Shown here one piece after another: positions 17,974 to 27,881 of a stretch of 64,000 bases of DNA. A program made the position numbers and the translations under genes. This DNA comes from an uncultured Candidatus Rokubacteria bacterium (GTDB taxonomy: Bacteria; Methylomirabilota; Methylomirabilia; Rokubacteriales; DASRDR01). Positions within the stretch are counted from its first letter, which is position 1. Each line of letters begins with the position of its first letter. The DNA lies in the NCBI GenBank assembly GCA_963805625.1, contig CAWDVE010000010.1, positions 1,184,001 through 1,248,000 on the forward strand, written 5' to 3'. A model generated the notes under the pieces. It was given only the letters and a program-made list of their open reading frames with translations, ran no database searches and was not told the DNA's origin.

Positions 17974-18677
17974 GCCGCCGCTCGGCCCCGCGGGACAGGC
18001 CCCGGCGTACGCGCGCGCCAGCGAGGAGCGACGTGGCGGGCCACTAGGCGGACGCCCACCTCACCGGCCCACCAGCCGAAGAGCGCGCCGCCGAGCACGT
18101 CCGAGAGGAAGTGGGCGTTCAGCACGACGCGCGAGGCGCCCACGCCGGAGGCCGCCGCGAGGATCCACCCGCGGCGCCGGCCCGGCGCCCATCCCACGAG
18201 GGCGGCGGCCGCCGCGAAGGCGGTCCCGGCATGACCCGACGGGAACCCGTGGTAGTCACGCTCTCCGAAGCACGGCCAGTGAAAGAACCCGCGGCGCGCC
18301 GGCGCGTCTGGCGGCGTCGCCGCCCCGACGCCCCAGCCGTCCACGAGCCGAGGCCGCGCGCGACAGGCGACGTGCTTGACCACCTGCGTCGCGAGTCCCG
18401 CGAGGAGGACGCCTGCCACGCCGCCCACCGCCGCCTGCCACATCTGGGCGTCAGCCGTCCGGTGAGCCAGGACCGCCAGGCCAAGGAGGCCGACGGTCGC
18501 GACCTCCGTCGTGCCCAGGAGCGTGAAGCCGTTCGCGAGGAGGCGCACCTCGTGCGAGACGAAGTGGCGGAACACGAAGTCGTGGAGCATCTCGTCGGCC
18601 GGGGTCGCGGCCGCCAGGACGGCGAGCGCGAGCACGGCCGCCTGGACCATGCGGGCCCGGTGAAGCCTCTCGATCAC
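17970..18677 (-). CDS. PAP2-family membrane phosphatase (lipid A/undecaprenyl-PP phosphatase-like)
   Basis: KHVACRARP, FPSGHA and SRVVLNAHFLSDV motifs. Start refined to GTG 18677. Confidence 0.8.
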   Translation of the reverse strand: MIERLHRARMVQAAVLALAVLAAATPADEMLHDFVFRHFVSHEVRLLANGFTLLGTTEVATVGLLGLAVLAHRTADAQMWQAAVGGVAGVLLAGLATQVVKHVACRARPRLVDGWGVGAATPPDAPARRGFFHWPCFGERDYHGFPSGHAGTAFAAAAALVGWAPGRRRGWILAAASGVGASRVVLNAHFLSDVLGGALFGWWAGEVGVRLVARHVAPRWRARTPGPVPRGRAAA

Positions 18678-18738
18678 GGGCGCTAGTATCCGCCCCGCCA
18701 GCGGCGCGGCGCAACCTGCGCGGGGCCCGTCGGAGAGC

Positions 18739-20595
18739 TCAGGGGGCCGGGGAACGGCGGCCGAGGATCTCGGCGAAGGCCCGGGGCCGCGGGTCGGCCT
18801 CGATCTCCTCGAGCGTCTGGGGCAGCGCCAGCGACCAGTTCGCGCGGCGGTCGCCCGTCGTCCCCGGGAGATTCGGCCGCTCGGCGGCGCCGAGGACGTC
18901 CTCCAGCGTCGCCGCGGCCAGGACCGAGGGCGCCTCGGCGAGGCGCTGGTGGATCGAGAGCGCCACGGCATCGGACGGTGCGTCGTCCGGCAGCCGGGTC
19001 AGCTCGCGAAGGCGCGCCCGGAGTGCCTCCGTTCCCGCCACGTTCGGCGGGATCCCGACGGCCTCCTGCTCCCGGAGGTCGCTGCCGGTCCAGAGGCCCC
19101 GCACCGTCGGGAGGTCGTGCGTGGTGACTGCCGCGAGCGACAGCCCGGGGTAGCCGGCGGGCGGGCCGGGCTCGAACCAGAGCACGCGGGTCGAGAGGAT
19201 CCGCTCGGCGGAGAGACGCTCGCGTACGCCGGGCGCCACGGTTCCAAGGTCCTCGCCGATGACAAGGGCGCCCGCCCGCTCGCTCTCGAGCGCGAGGATG
19301 GCCAGAAGGTCGTCGGTGGGGTAACGGACGTACGCCCCGCTTCGAGCCGTTGCACCCCCGGGAACCCAGAACAGCCGGAAGAGTCCCATGACGTGGTCGA
19401 CGCGCATCCCACCGGCGTGACGGAGCCCGGCCCGCACGGTCTCGACAAACGGCCCGTACCCCACGGCGCGAAGCCGGTGCGGCACGAACGGCGGCAGTCC
19501 CCAGTCCTGCCCCTCGAGCGCGAAGTCGTCAGGCGGCGCCCCCACCGTGACGTCCTGGGCCAGCACGTCCTGCCACGCCCAGGCGTCGGCGCCCTCGCCA
19601 TCGAAGCCGATGGCCAGGTCGGTCACCAGGCGAAGCGCCCGCCCGGCGCGAGCCAGTTGCTCGTCGAGCAGCCACTGGAGCCAGGCGTGAAATCCGACCC
19701 GCTCCCGCTGCGCGGCGGCGAAGTGCTCGACCGCGGGGGACGCGGGATGCCGGTGCTCGGCCGGCCAGCGCCGCCACCCCGATCCGTGACGCTCGGCGAG
19801 CGCGCAGAAGACCGCGAACCCCTCGAGGCCTCGACCCTCGCGAGCGCGATAGCGAGCGAGCCCATCCGCGCCGACGGCACCGCGCGCCCACAGGCTGCCG
19901 AGGGCCGCCATCTTGAGCCGGAACACGGCGTCGCGATCGATCCGGCGCTCGGCGTTGAGAGCACGCCCCTGGACTGCCAGCCGCTCTACGTCGATTCCGG
20001 CCTCCGCCGCACCGGGCACCTCCTCGACCCGGAGGTAGAGCGGATTCCGGTAGCGGCGGCTCGACGGAAAGTACGGGCTCGGCTCCTGCGGCACGAGCGG
20101 GAGCGCCGCGTGGAGCGGGTTCAGAACGACCGCGCCCGCCCCGAGTGCCCTCGCTGACCAGTCGGCGAGCTCCCGGAGGTCGGCGAGATCGCCGATCCCC
20201 CAGCTCTTCCGTGACCGGAGCGCGTAGAGCTGGATCGCCCACCCCCAGCTCCGGAGTCCTTCGGGGAGGTGGCAGCGCGGGGGCGCCACGATGAGGCGCA
20301 CGGCCGGCCGGCCGTCGAGCGGCCGGAGCTCGTGGTAGCCAAGGGGCAGATCCGGCGGGAGTCCCCGATCTACCCGGAGGAGCGTCCCGCCCTCGAGGGC
20401 GAGCTCGACGGCCCCCTCGACGGCCGGCAGCGGCTGGCCGTGGCGGTGGACGAGCGGACCGGCATCCGGTGGAGGCGTCTGGCCGGTCGCGCCCATCGCC
20501 ACGCGGATCCGGGCCCGCGCCTCGGTCCCCGTCCGGCGCCAGGCCCCGCCGGTGTCAATGTAGCCATCCTCGATGCCCCAGGCGTCGGCGCTCAG
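18739..20595 (-). CDS. malQ: 4-alpha-glucanotransferase (amylomaltase, GH77)
   Basis: WGWAIQLYALRS, GIGDL, NPLHA, SPYFPSSR, DLAIG, GAPPD, RVDHVMGLFRL, GEDLG, TTHDLPT, PNLPGT. Homology-like sequence (AWGIEDGYID) extends upstream of the track start 20502 to a CTG at 20595. Confidence 0.9.
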   Translation of the reverse strand: MSADAWGIEDGYIDTGGAWRRTGTEARARIRVAMGATGQTPPPDAGPLVHRHGQPLPAVEGAVELALEGGTLLRVDRGLPPDLPLGYHELRPLDGRPAVRLIVAPPRCHLPEGLRSWGWAIQLYALRSRKSWGIGDLADLRELADWSARALGAGAVVLNPLHAALPLVPQEPSPYFPSSRRYRNPLYLRVEEVPGAAEAGIDVERLAVQGRALNAERRIDRDAVFRLKMAALGSLWARGAVGADGLARYRAREGRGLEGFAVFCALAERHGSGWRRWPAEHRHPASPAVEHFAAAQRERVGFHAWLQWLLDEQLARAGRALRLVTDLAIGFDGEGADAWAWQDVLAQDVTVGAPPDDFALEGQDWGLPPFVPHRLRAVGYGPFVETVRAGLRHAGGMRVDHVMGLFRLFWVPGGATARSGAYVRYPTDDLLAILALESERAGALVIGEDLGTVAPGVRERLSAERILSTRVLWFEPGPPAGYPGLSLAAVTTHDLPTVRGLWTGSDLREQEAVGIPPNVAGTEALRARLRELTRLPDDAPSDAVALSIHQRLAEAPSVLAAATLEDVLGAAERPNLPGTTGDRRANWSLALPQTLEEIEADPRPRAFAEILGRRSPAP

Positions 20596-22403
20596 GGCGA
20601 GGCGGCTCCGTCGCCCGCGGGCAGCGTGAAGGTCATCGTCGTGCCGTGGCCGAGCACGCTCTCCACGTGAAGCTCACCCCCATGAGCCTGGACCAGATGC
20701 TTCACGATCGCGAGCCCCAGCCCCGTCCCGCCGACCTCCCGCGACCGGATCTTGTCCACGCGGTAGAAGCGCTCCGTGATCCTCGGCAGCTCGGTCGAGG
20801 GGATCCCGATGCCCGTGTCGCGGACCCGGACCGCGACGCGCCCCTCGGGCCCCGCCCCGGCCTCGATGCGGACCTGGCCGCCCTCGGGTGTGAACTTGAC
20901 CGCGTTGTCCACGAGGTTCACCAGGATCTGGACGAGACGGTCCCGGTCCGCGCGGACCGTCAAGCCAGGCGGCACGGCGCCTTCCAGCGTCTGGTGGTTC
21001 TGGGCGGTCTGGCGCTCGAACATCGCCACGACCCCGGCGACGACGTCGCCCAGATCGAGCCGCATCGGCACCAGCGTGACGCGGCCGCTCTCGATGTTGG
21101 ACAGCTCGAGCAGGTCGTCGATGAGGCGGTCGAGCCGCTCAGCATGCGTCCCGGCGATTTCGAGGAAGCGCCGCGCGTGAGCCCGGTCGTCGAGCGCGCC
21201 GTCGAGGAGCGTCTCGAGGTAGCCCTTGATGCATGTGAGCGGCGTCCTGAGCTCGTGGGAGACGTTGGCCACGAACTCGCTCCGGACCCGCTCGAGCCGG
21301 CGGAGCTCGGTCACGTCGTGAAGGACGAGGAGCACGCCCGCCGACTCCGGCCCGAGGCCGAGAGGCGCGCCCCGCGCCGCGACCACGCGATTGACGGGCG
21401 GGCCCAGCTCGAGCTCGTGCCGCGCCGGCGACGCCGAGGCCCGCACCTCCTCCACCAGATCGAGGAGCCCCTTCTGCCGGATGACCTCGACGAAGGATCG
21501 CCCCTCGGCGGCCCCGCTCTCGACCCCGAACATCGCCCGCGCCGCGGGATTGAGGAGGAGGACCCGGCCCCGGTCGTCCAGCGCCACGACCCCCTCGGTC
21601 ATCCCGTCGAGGATCGTGCGGACCTTGGCCTGCTCGTCGCCGAGACGCTCGATCTTCTCGCGAAGCGCGAGGGCGGTCCGGTTGAGAGCGACCCCGAGCG
21701 CGGCGATCTCATCCGTTCCCGCGACGGGCACCGCCTGCGCGAGGTCGCCCTCGGCCATCCGACGGGCGGCACTCTCCATCCCCCGGAGGGGCCGCGTCAC
21801 CCGCCGGCTCACGAAGAGCCCGATGACCACGGCCACGCAGACGGCGAGGATGGCGCCGCCGACGACGGTGCGGCGGACGAGCGTCCGGGCCTCGTCGACG
21901 TCGTGCGTCGGAAGCGCGAGCCGGAGAACGGCGCGCCGCCTGCCCTCGCGCTCGATCGGCACCGCGACGTACAGGAGGTCCCGCCCGAGGGTCGCGCTCC
22001 GGCGGACGTCGCTGCCGACCTCGCCCGCCAGCGCCCGGCGCACCTCCGGTCGGCTGGCATGGTTCTCCATCTCGCGAACGGACTCGCGGTCGGATTCGGC
22101 CAGGACGGTGCCGTCGGCGCCGATGACGGTCACCCGGGCCCCGACGACCCTCGCATAGCGCTGGGCACGTCCCTGCAGGTCGGACCCTCCTGGCGGGCCG
22201 TCGAGCAGGGGCGCGAATGCGTCGTGGAGGAGCCCCGCTTGGGTGACGAGCGTCCCCTGGAGCCGCGCGACGGCTTGCGCCTCGAGAGTGCGGCTCACGT
22301 AGATCCCCATCACGAGGACGCCCAGGCCGGCGACGACTCCGAGGAGGATGGTGAGTCGCGCGGCGAGACCAAAGCGGCGCCGGGCCGCCCCGTGCGGCGT
22401 CAC
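20592..22403 (-). CDS. phoR: PhoR-like sensor histidine kinase (TM-sensor-TM-HAMP-PAS-HisKA-HATPase)
   Basis: MENHASRPEV sensor motif, FVANVSHELRTPLT, NLVDNAVKF, DTGIGIP, ERFYRVDK.RSR..GGTGLGLAIVKH. Confidence 0.8.
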   Translation of the reverse strand: MTPHGAARRRFGLAARLTILLGVVAGLGVLVMGIYVSRTLEAQAVARLQGTLVTQAGLLHDAFAPLLDGPPGGSDLQGRAQRYARVVGARVTVIGADGTVLAESDRESVREMENHASRPEVRRALAGEVGSDVRRSATLGRDLLYVAVPIEREGRRRAVLRLALPTHDVDEARTLVRRTVVGGAILAVCVAVVIGLFVSRRVTRPLRGMESAARRMAEGDLAQAVPVAGTDEIAALGVALNRTALALREKIERLGDEQAKVRTILDGMTEGVVALDDRGRVLLLNPAARAMFGVESGAAEGRSFVEVIRQKGLLDLVEEVRASASPARHELELGPPVNRVVAARGAPLGLGPESAGVLLVLHDVTELRRLERVRSEFVANVSHELRTPLTCIKGYLETLLDGALDDRAHARRFLEIAGTHAERLDRLIDDLLELSNIESGRVTLVPMRLDLGDVVAGVVAMFERQTAQNHQTLEGAVPPGLTVRADRDRLVQILVNLVDNAVKFTPEGGQVRIEAGAGPEGRVAVRVRDTGIGIPSTELPRITERFYRVDKIRSREVGGTGLGLAIVKHLVQAHGGELHVESVLGHGTTMTFTLPAGDGAASP

Positions 22404-23092
22404 GGTCCGCCGTCGAACCGGTAGCCGACGGCCTTGACCGTCACGATGCGGCGCGCCTCGGCTCCGAGCTTCGCGCGGAGACGTCGGACGTGGACGTCCA
22501 CGGTCCGCGACTCGATCTCCGCGGCGTTCACGTAGCCCCACACCGATTCCAGGAGCTGCTCGCGGCTGAGCACGCGGCCGTCCGCCCGCATCAGCGCCGC
22601 GAGAAGACCGAATTCCTTGGCGGTCAGCTCCACGGGGTGGCCGCCGACCGTCACGGCGTGCCGCGCCTCGTCGACGTGGAGATCGCCCGTCGTGCGCCCC
22701 GCCGCGGGCGGCTCCGGCCCCTCGACGCGCCGGAGCACCGCGCGGATCCGGGCAAGGAGCTCCCGGGGGCTGAACGGCTTCACGACGTAGTCGTCCGCGC
22801 CGAGCTCGAGGCCCACGACCCGGTCCACCTCCTCGCCGCGGGCGGTGAGCATGATGATGGGGAGGCGCCGGGTGGCGGCGTCTCCGCGAAGCTGACGGCA
22901 GACCTCCAGACCGTCGAGCCCGGGCAGCATGAGGTCGAGGAGGGCCACGTCGGGACGCTCCGCGCGCGCGAGCCGGAGGGCGGCTCCACCGTGGGCCGCG
23001 TGGACGAGCCGCATGCCCGCCTTCTCGACGTGGTAGCGGACGAGGTCGGCGATGTCTCGTTCGTCCTCCACCAGTAGCACCGTCACCGGCAC
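22400..23092 (-). CDS. PhoB/PhoP-like OmpR-family response regulator
   Basis: LLVEDE, LDLMLPGLDG, PIIMLTA, GADDYVVKPFS, RTVDVHVRRLRAKL. GAGGAGG RBS; overlaps the kinase start. Confidence 0.9.
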   Translation of the reverse strand: MPVTVLLVEDERDIADLVRYHVEKAGMRLVHAAHGGAALRLARAERPDVALLDLMLPGLDGLEVCRQLRGDAATRRLPIIMLTARGEEVDRVVGLELGADDYVVKPFSPRELLARIRAVLRRVEGPEPPAAGRTTGDLHVDEARHAVTVGGHPVELTAKEFGLLAALMRADGRVLSREQLLESVWGYVNAAEIESRTVDVHVRRLRAKLGAEARRIVTVKAVGYRFDGGP

Positions 23093-23176
23093 GCTTACCC
23101 TCCTCGCGGCTGAATTGTAGCCCGGGAGGGCCAGACGCAACCGGGCGATCGACGGAACCGGGGGAACGCCCGGGGA

Positions 23177-23764
23177 TCAGACGACCGCCGCTCGCGCCTC
23201 CGTCATCTGGCAGAAGTAGCGGTGGACGGTCAGGTCCTCCGTGAGCTCGGGGTGGAAGGTCGCGACCAGGACCGTGCCCTCGCGCGCGAGGACGGGGTCG
23301 CCCCCGTAGCGGGCCAGCACCTCGACGCCGGGGCCGACACGGCGGATGCGTGGCGCTCGGATGAAGACCATGCGGAGCGGATCACGGCTCTCACCGAGCG
23401 CCGCCGGCGTCTCCGCCTCGAAGGACTCTCGCTGCCGGCCGTAGCTGTTGCGCTCCACGGTCACGTCGATCAACCCGAGAGAGGGCTGATTTGGCCGCTC
23501 GACCTCCCGGGCGAGGACGATCAGACCGGCGCAGGTGCCGAAGAGCGGACGGCCGCTCGCGTGAAATGCCCGGAGGGCGGCCCCGAAGTCCCAGACGTTC
23601 ATGAGGTGCAGGAGTGTGGTGCTCTCACCGCCCGGAAGGACCAGGCCCTCCACGTCGTCCAGCGCCTCGGGCTTTCGTACCTCCACCGGCTCCACGCCGG
23701 CACGGCGAAGGGCTGCCGAATGAAGCGCGAAGTCCCCCTGGAGCGCGAGGACGCCGATCCGCAC
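23177..23764 (-). CDS. pdxT: PLP synthase glutaminase subunit
   Basis: GVLALQGDF, PGGESTT, FGTCAGLI, RNSYGRQRESFE, FIRAP, TFHPEL. Confidence 0.95.
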   Translation of the reverse strand: MRIGVLALQGDFALHSAALRRAGVEPVEVRKPEALDDVEGLVLPGGESTTLLHLMNVWDFGAALRAFHASGRPLFGTCAGLIVLAREVERPNQPSLGLIDVTVERNSYGRQRESFEAETPAALGESRDPLRMVFIRAPRIRRVGPGVEVLARYGGDPVLAREGTVLVATFHPELTEDLTVHRYFCQMTEARAAVV

Positions 23765-23768
23765 GTCC

Positions 23769-24665
23769 TCACCAGCCTCGGGTCTGGAGGAGGTCCCCGG
23801 CGGCGAGCTTGGAGGTCTCGAGGCCCACCATCGCGTCGCCCAGCTCCTCGCTCACCTTCGCGAGCACGTCGGGATCTCGGTAGTGGGTCGTCGCCTGCAC
23901 GATGGCGCGCGCCCGGCGCTCCGGGTCGCTCGACTTGAAGACGCCCGAGCCCACGAAGACCGCCTCGGCTCCGAGCTGCATCATGAGGGCCGCGTCGGCC
24001 GGAGTGGCGATGCCGCCCGCGGAGAAGTTCGGCACCGGCAGGCGCCGGTTCGCCGCGACCCACCGCACGAGGTCGTAGGGCGCGCCGAGGTTCTTCGCCT
24101 CGGCCATGAGCTCCTCGGCGCCGAGCGAGGCCAGGCGCCGGACGCCCGTGGTGAGCGCGCGCATGTGCCGGACGGCCTCGACGATGTTGCCCGAGCCGGC
24201 CTCCCCCTTCGTCCGGATCATCGCGGCGCCTTCGCCGATCCGACGGAGCGCCTCGCCGAGGTCCCGGGCGCCGCAGACGAAGGGCACCCGGAAGGCGAGC
24301 TTGTCGATGTGGAAGTGCTCGTCCGCCGGGGTGAGGACCTCCGACTCGTCGATGAAGTCGACGGCAAGGGCTTCCAGGATCTGCGCCTCGACGAAGTGCC
24401 CGATCCGGGCCTTGGCCATCACCGGGATGCTGACGGTCTGCTGGATCTCCCGGATCTTGCTGACGGCCGCCATGCGCGCGACGCCGCCGTCGCGCCGGAT
24501 GTCCGAGGGGACGCGCTCCAGCGCCATGACCGACGCCGCGCCGGCCTGCTCGGCGATCCGCGCCTGCTCGGCGTTGGTCACGTCCATGATCACCCCGCCC
24601 TTGAGCATCTCCGCAAGGCCGATGTGCTTGGGATCTGCGATCCTGAGACCGTTCACGTCGCTCAT
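23769..24665 (-). CDS. pdxS: PLP synthase lyase subunit
   Basis: [58 protein letters not shown]. Confidence 0.97.
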   Translation of the reverse strand: MSDVNGLRIADPKHIGLAEMLKGGVIMDVTNAEQARIAEQAGAASVMALERVPSDIRRDGGVARMAAVSKIREIQQTVSIPVMAKARIGHFVEAQILEALAVDFIDESEVLTPADEHFHIDKLAFRVPFVCGARDLGEALRRIGEGAAMIRTKGEAGSGNIVEAVRHMRALTTGVRRLASLGAEELMAEAKNLGAPYDLVRWVAANRRLPVPNFSAGGIATPADAALMMQLGAEAVFVGSGVFKSSDPERRARAIVQATTHYRDPDVLAKVSEELGDAMVGLETSKLAAGDLLQTRGW

Positions 24666-24723
24666 CGTGTGCCGCTCCTTTCATTCGTCAGGGCCGAAGC
24701 CCTCCGAAGCCCCAAGTCCGAGA

Positions 24724-26253
24724 TCAGACCACCAGCGCCTCGAGCCGGTCGGGGACCGGCCGGGGGCTGCCGCTCCGCCGCCAGTCCGCGATCGCCTCGG
24801 CAAGCCGCCGGACGCCGTCGTCGATCCGCCGCACGGGCACCGAGGAGAACGACAGGCGCGCCGTGCCCTCGCCGCCCCCGTCCACGAAAAACCGCGCCCC
24901 GGGCGTGAAGCCCACCCCGCGGCGGAGAGCCCCCGGGAGGAGCCCTGTCGCATCGCAACCCGCCGGCAGCGTGAGGAGGAGCGAGAAGCCGCCACGGGGC
25001 TCCGTCCAGCTCATCCCCTCCGGCATGTGGCGGCCGAGCGCCTCGAGCAGGGCCGTCCGGCGGCGGTCGTACTCCCGCGCGATCCGGGCGATGTGCCGGT
25101 CCAGCAGGCGTCGCTCGCAGAATCGGTGGACGGCGGCCTGGATGAGCGGGCTCGTCCCCAGGTCGGCGAGCTGCTTCGCCGCCCGCAGCCGCTCGACGAC
25201 CGGCGGCGGCGCCACGAGCCATCCGAGCCGGAGGCCCGGGAACAGCACCTTCGAGAAGGTGCCGATGTAGAGGACGAGGCCGTTCCGGTCGAGCGCCCGG
25301 AGCGGGAGCGGCCGCCGGTCGCCGTAGTAGAGGCTGCCGTCGAAGCCGTCCTCGACGACCGGCACGTGATGGCGCGCCGCCGCATCGAGCACGCGCCGCG
25401 CCGCTTCGGGCGACATCGTCACCCCCGTCGGGTTGTGCGCGGTCGGCTGGCAGTAGAAGAGCTTCGGCCGGTGGCGCGCCAACACCTGCTCGAGCGCTTC
25501 GGCCGACGGCCCCTCACGGTCCCAGGGCACGGGCACGAGCTGGGCTCCCGCGGCCCGGAACACCGAGATCGCGCGGGGGTAGGTCGGCTGCTCCATCGCC
25601 ACGACGTCACCCGGATCGACGAACGTGCGCGCGATCAGATCGAAGCCTTGCTGGGAGCCGTTCACGACGAGGATGTCATCGGCGCGCGCCTCGACGCCGA
25701 ACCGCAGGAGGTAGGTGGCGAGGTACGCTCGGAGCGGCAGATAGCCGTCACCGCCCGGCGGGTACTGGAGGAGCGCCGCGCCCTCCGTCCGGACCACCTG
25801 GTTCAGCACCCGCCGGAACGCGTCGGTCGGGAAGAGCCCGCTGTCCGGCGTGCCCTCGGCGAACGAGATCACGGGTCGCCCCCCCGCGGGAGGGACGGCC
25901 CGTCGCTCCGCGCCCGAGCTGGCGATGTGGGCGCTCCGCGAGAACAGGCGCGACCAGTCGAGGGGGACGCGCGCGGACGAGAGCGGCGCGGGGCTCGCGA
26001 CACCCGCCGGCGCCGCCGCCACGAACGTCCCCTGCCCCACGTGCGCCCGCACCCGCCCCGCCGCCACCAGCTCCTCGTAGGCGAGCGCGACGGTCGTCCG
26101 GTTCACGCCGAGAGCCTGCGCCAGCTCGCGCGTCGCCGGCAGCTTCACCCCCGGGGCCAGCCACCCCTCGCGGATCAGCCGCTCGATCTGCTCCTGGATC
26201 TGCCGGGCCAGCGGCACCGCACTCCCGCGGTCGAGCTGAAGGCTGAGCGCCAT
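24724..26253 (-). CDS. pdxR: MocR/GabR-family PLP-dependent regulator (PdxR-like)
   Basis: GntR wHTH (LPATRELAQALGVNRTTVALAYEEL) plus aminotransferase domain (NGSQQG, HNPTG, GTFSKVLFPGLRLGW). Directly upstream of pdxST. Confidence 0.8.
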   Translation of the reverse strand: MALSLQLDRGSAVPLARQIQEQIERLIREGWLAPGVKLPATRELAQALGVNRTTVALAYEELVAAGRVRAHVGQGTFVAAAPAGVASPAPLSSARVPLDWSRLFSRSAHIASSGAERRAVPPAGGRPVISFAEGTPDSGLFPTDAFRRVLNQVVRTEGAALLQYPPGGDGYLPLRAYLATYLLRFGVEARADDILVVNGSQQGFDLIARTFVDPGDVVAMEQPTYPRAISVFRAAGAQLVPVPWDREGPSAEALEQVLARHRPKLFYCQPTAHNPTGVTMSPEAARRVLDAAARHHVPVVEDGFDGSLYYGDRRPLPLRALDRNGLVLYIGTFSKVLFPGLRLGWLVAPPPVVERLRAAKQLADLGTSPLIQAAVHRFCERRLLDRHIARIAREYDRRRTALLEALGRHMPEGMSWTEPRGGFSLLLTLPAGCDATGLLPGALRRGVGFTPGARFFVDGGGEGTARLSFSSVPVRRIDDGVRRLAEAIADWRRSGSPRPVPDRLEALVV

Positions 26254-26260
26254 ACCAGCC

Positions 26261-26300
26261 ATTTTCGTGATATTCGTGACACGGTCAACAGCCAATTGGC
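26261..26300 (-). promoter_or_regulatory. Putative sigma70 promoter of pdxR with repeats
   Basis: Minus strand TTGACC-N16-GAAAAT, 7 nt before ATG 26253. TTCGTGA direct repeat across the spacer and -10; GCCAATTGGC palindrome at 26291-26300. Confidence 0.45.
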
Positions 26301-26374
26301 GACGTCTCCCCCCCGCCAAGCTGAGCGGCGGTGGAGTCGCCCTCACACCGGACCGGCTGAGACCGTGGGACTCC

Positions 26375-26756
26375 CCAGGGTTCATCCGGTCGCGCACCTC
26401 GGACATGAATCTGGTCAGGGTCCGGTAGTTCTCGTCGGCGAAGCTCATCTCCAAGAGGTCGCGTGGGTGGAACCAACGGAATGGCGGGTCGAACACGCTC
26501 ACGTCAAAGGTACCGTCGATTCGCTCGAAGACGTCGCTCTCGAAGAACGGCTGGCGGCGAGTATGGCGTTGACCCCGCTGCCGGTCCCCATGTCGAGCAC
26601 CCGGTCGTCGTCGCGGACTTCACCGAGCACGGCCCGGCCGAGGAGGTCCGACATGGCTGTCAGCGGGAAAACCTGCTCGGGAATCACCAGCGTGAGTCCG
26701 AGGTAGCTGACTTCGCGGGTGTCGTGGCTGTGGAGCTCGACCGACGCGGCCTCCAT
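26375..26756 (-). pseudogene. HemK/PrmC-like SAM methyltransferase remnant with internal deletion
   Basis: Motif I VLDMGTGSGVNAI jumps out of frame straight to ESDVF..FDPPFRW (motif IV). The intervening segment and the C-terminus are missing. Confidence 0.65.
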
Positions 26757-26980
26757 CCCGCCGCCGACACGATGAGACTACTGCCGGCCGTCACAACGGC
26801 AAGGTGTGTTCCCGCCTCCCGTCCTCCCGGCCCTTCGCCGGCTGGTCCCCCGGGCACACCTCGACGGGCAACCCCAACCGCCGCCAATCTAGCCGGAATT
26901 GCAGCATGGGTCACGCGGCCACGTATTGGGCCGATCTGCGGATCGAGGACGGACGCTCGTCGGAGGGCCACATACCCTGA

Positions 26981-27805
26981 CTAGCCCTTGAGCCCGCTCA
27001 TGACGACCCCCTGGACCACCCAGCGCTGGCAGACGACGAAGATCGCCAGGATCGGCAGGATGCTCAGGACGGCGGCCGCGGTGACGAGGTTGTACTCGAT
27101 GAAGTAGATGTTCGTGAAGCTGACCAGCCCCATGGTCACGACCTTCATGGTCGGGGAGTTGATCACCACCAGCGGCCAGAACAGCTCGTTCCAGGTCCAC
27201 ATGAACTTGATGATCAGGAGCGTCGCCAGGGCCGGCCGGACGGCCGGGAGGATCACCCGCCAGAAGATCCCGAGCTCGCTCGAGCCGTCGATCCGGGCGG
27301 CGTCGATGTAGTCGCTCGGCACCACCTCGATCGACTGTCGCATGAGGAAGACGCCGAAGACGCTCACGAGGTCGGGCGCGAGGATGCCGAGGTAGGTGTC
27401 GAGGAGCCCCAGGCGGCTCACCCACAGGTACAGCGGGACGACGACCGACTGGAACGGGACCATCAGGATGCCGATGATCGCGAAGAAGAGCAGGTTGCGG
27501 CCCGGGAATCGGAACTTGGCGAAGCCGTAGCCGGCGAGCGACGAGACGATCAGGCTCGACACGGCCGAGACCGAGGCGATGAGGGCGCTGTTCAGCAGGA
27601 AGCGCCCGAAGGGCTGGCGGGCGAAGACCTCCCGGTAGTTGTCCAGGTTGCCCCAGCGATCGGGCAGGACCTGGAGCGGAACCCGCTGGATCTCGGGCAC
27701 CGTCTTGAGCGACGTCACCGCCATCCAGAAGAACGGAAAGAACACGGTGATGGCGCCGGCGGCGATGAGTGCTGCCGTCAGCCAGCGCCAGCGACCGAGG
27801 CTCAC
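26981..27805 (-). CDS. Carbohydrate ABC transporter permease (MalG-like)
   Basis: NSALIA, AGYGFAK, EAA loop DYIDAARIDG, WNELFWPL, QGVVMSGLKG. Confidence 0.9.
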   Translation of the reverse strand: MSLGRWRWLTAALIAAGAITVFFPFFWMAVTSLKTVPEIQRVPLQVLPDRWGNLDNYREVFARQPFGRFLLNSALIASVSAVSSLIVSSLAGYGFAKFRFPGRNLLFFAIIGILMVPFQSVVVPLYLWVSRLGLLDTYLGILAPDLVSVFGVFLMRQSIEVVPSDYIDAARIDGSSELGIFWRVILPAVRPALATLLIIKFMWTWNELFWPLVVINSPTMKVVTMGLVSFTNIYFIEYNLVTAAAVLSILPILAIFVVCQRWVVQGVVMSGLKG

Positions 27806-27811
27806 TGCGGC

Positions 27812-27881
27812 ACCGTCGCTCCGCGGGAGTTGATCGGACGGCCTCGATCGGACGGCCTTCGGCCTGTGGCGGCCTGTGGCC
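27812..27881. repeat. Intergenic repeat element, copy A (with internal duplications)
   Basis: accgtcgctccgc-gggagttgatcggacggcct(cgatcggacggcct)tcggcctgtggc(ggcctgtggc). Near-identical to 46555-46600. Confidence 0.75.

Noticed and set aside
24724-26502. Methyltransferase-PdxR fusion protein
   Set aside because: The upstream part is a pseudogene fragment that is in frame by chance; promoter-like sequence lies just before ATG 26253.
27812-27881. Repeat as a CRISPR array
   Set aside because: No regular repeat-spacer structure and no cas genes.
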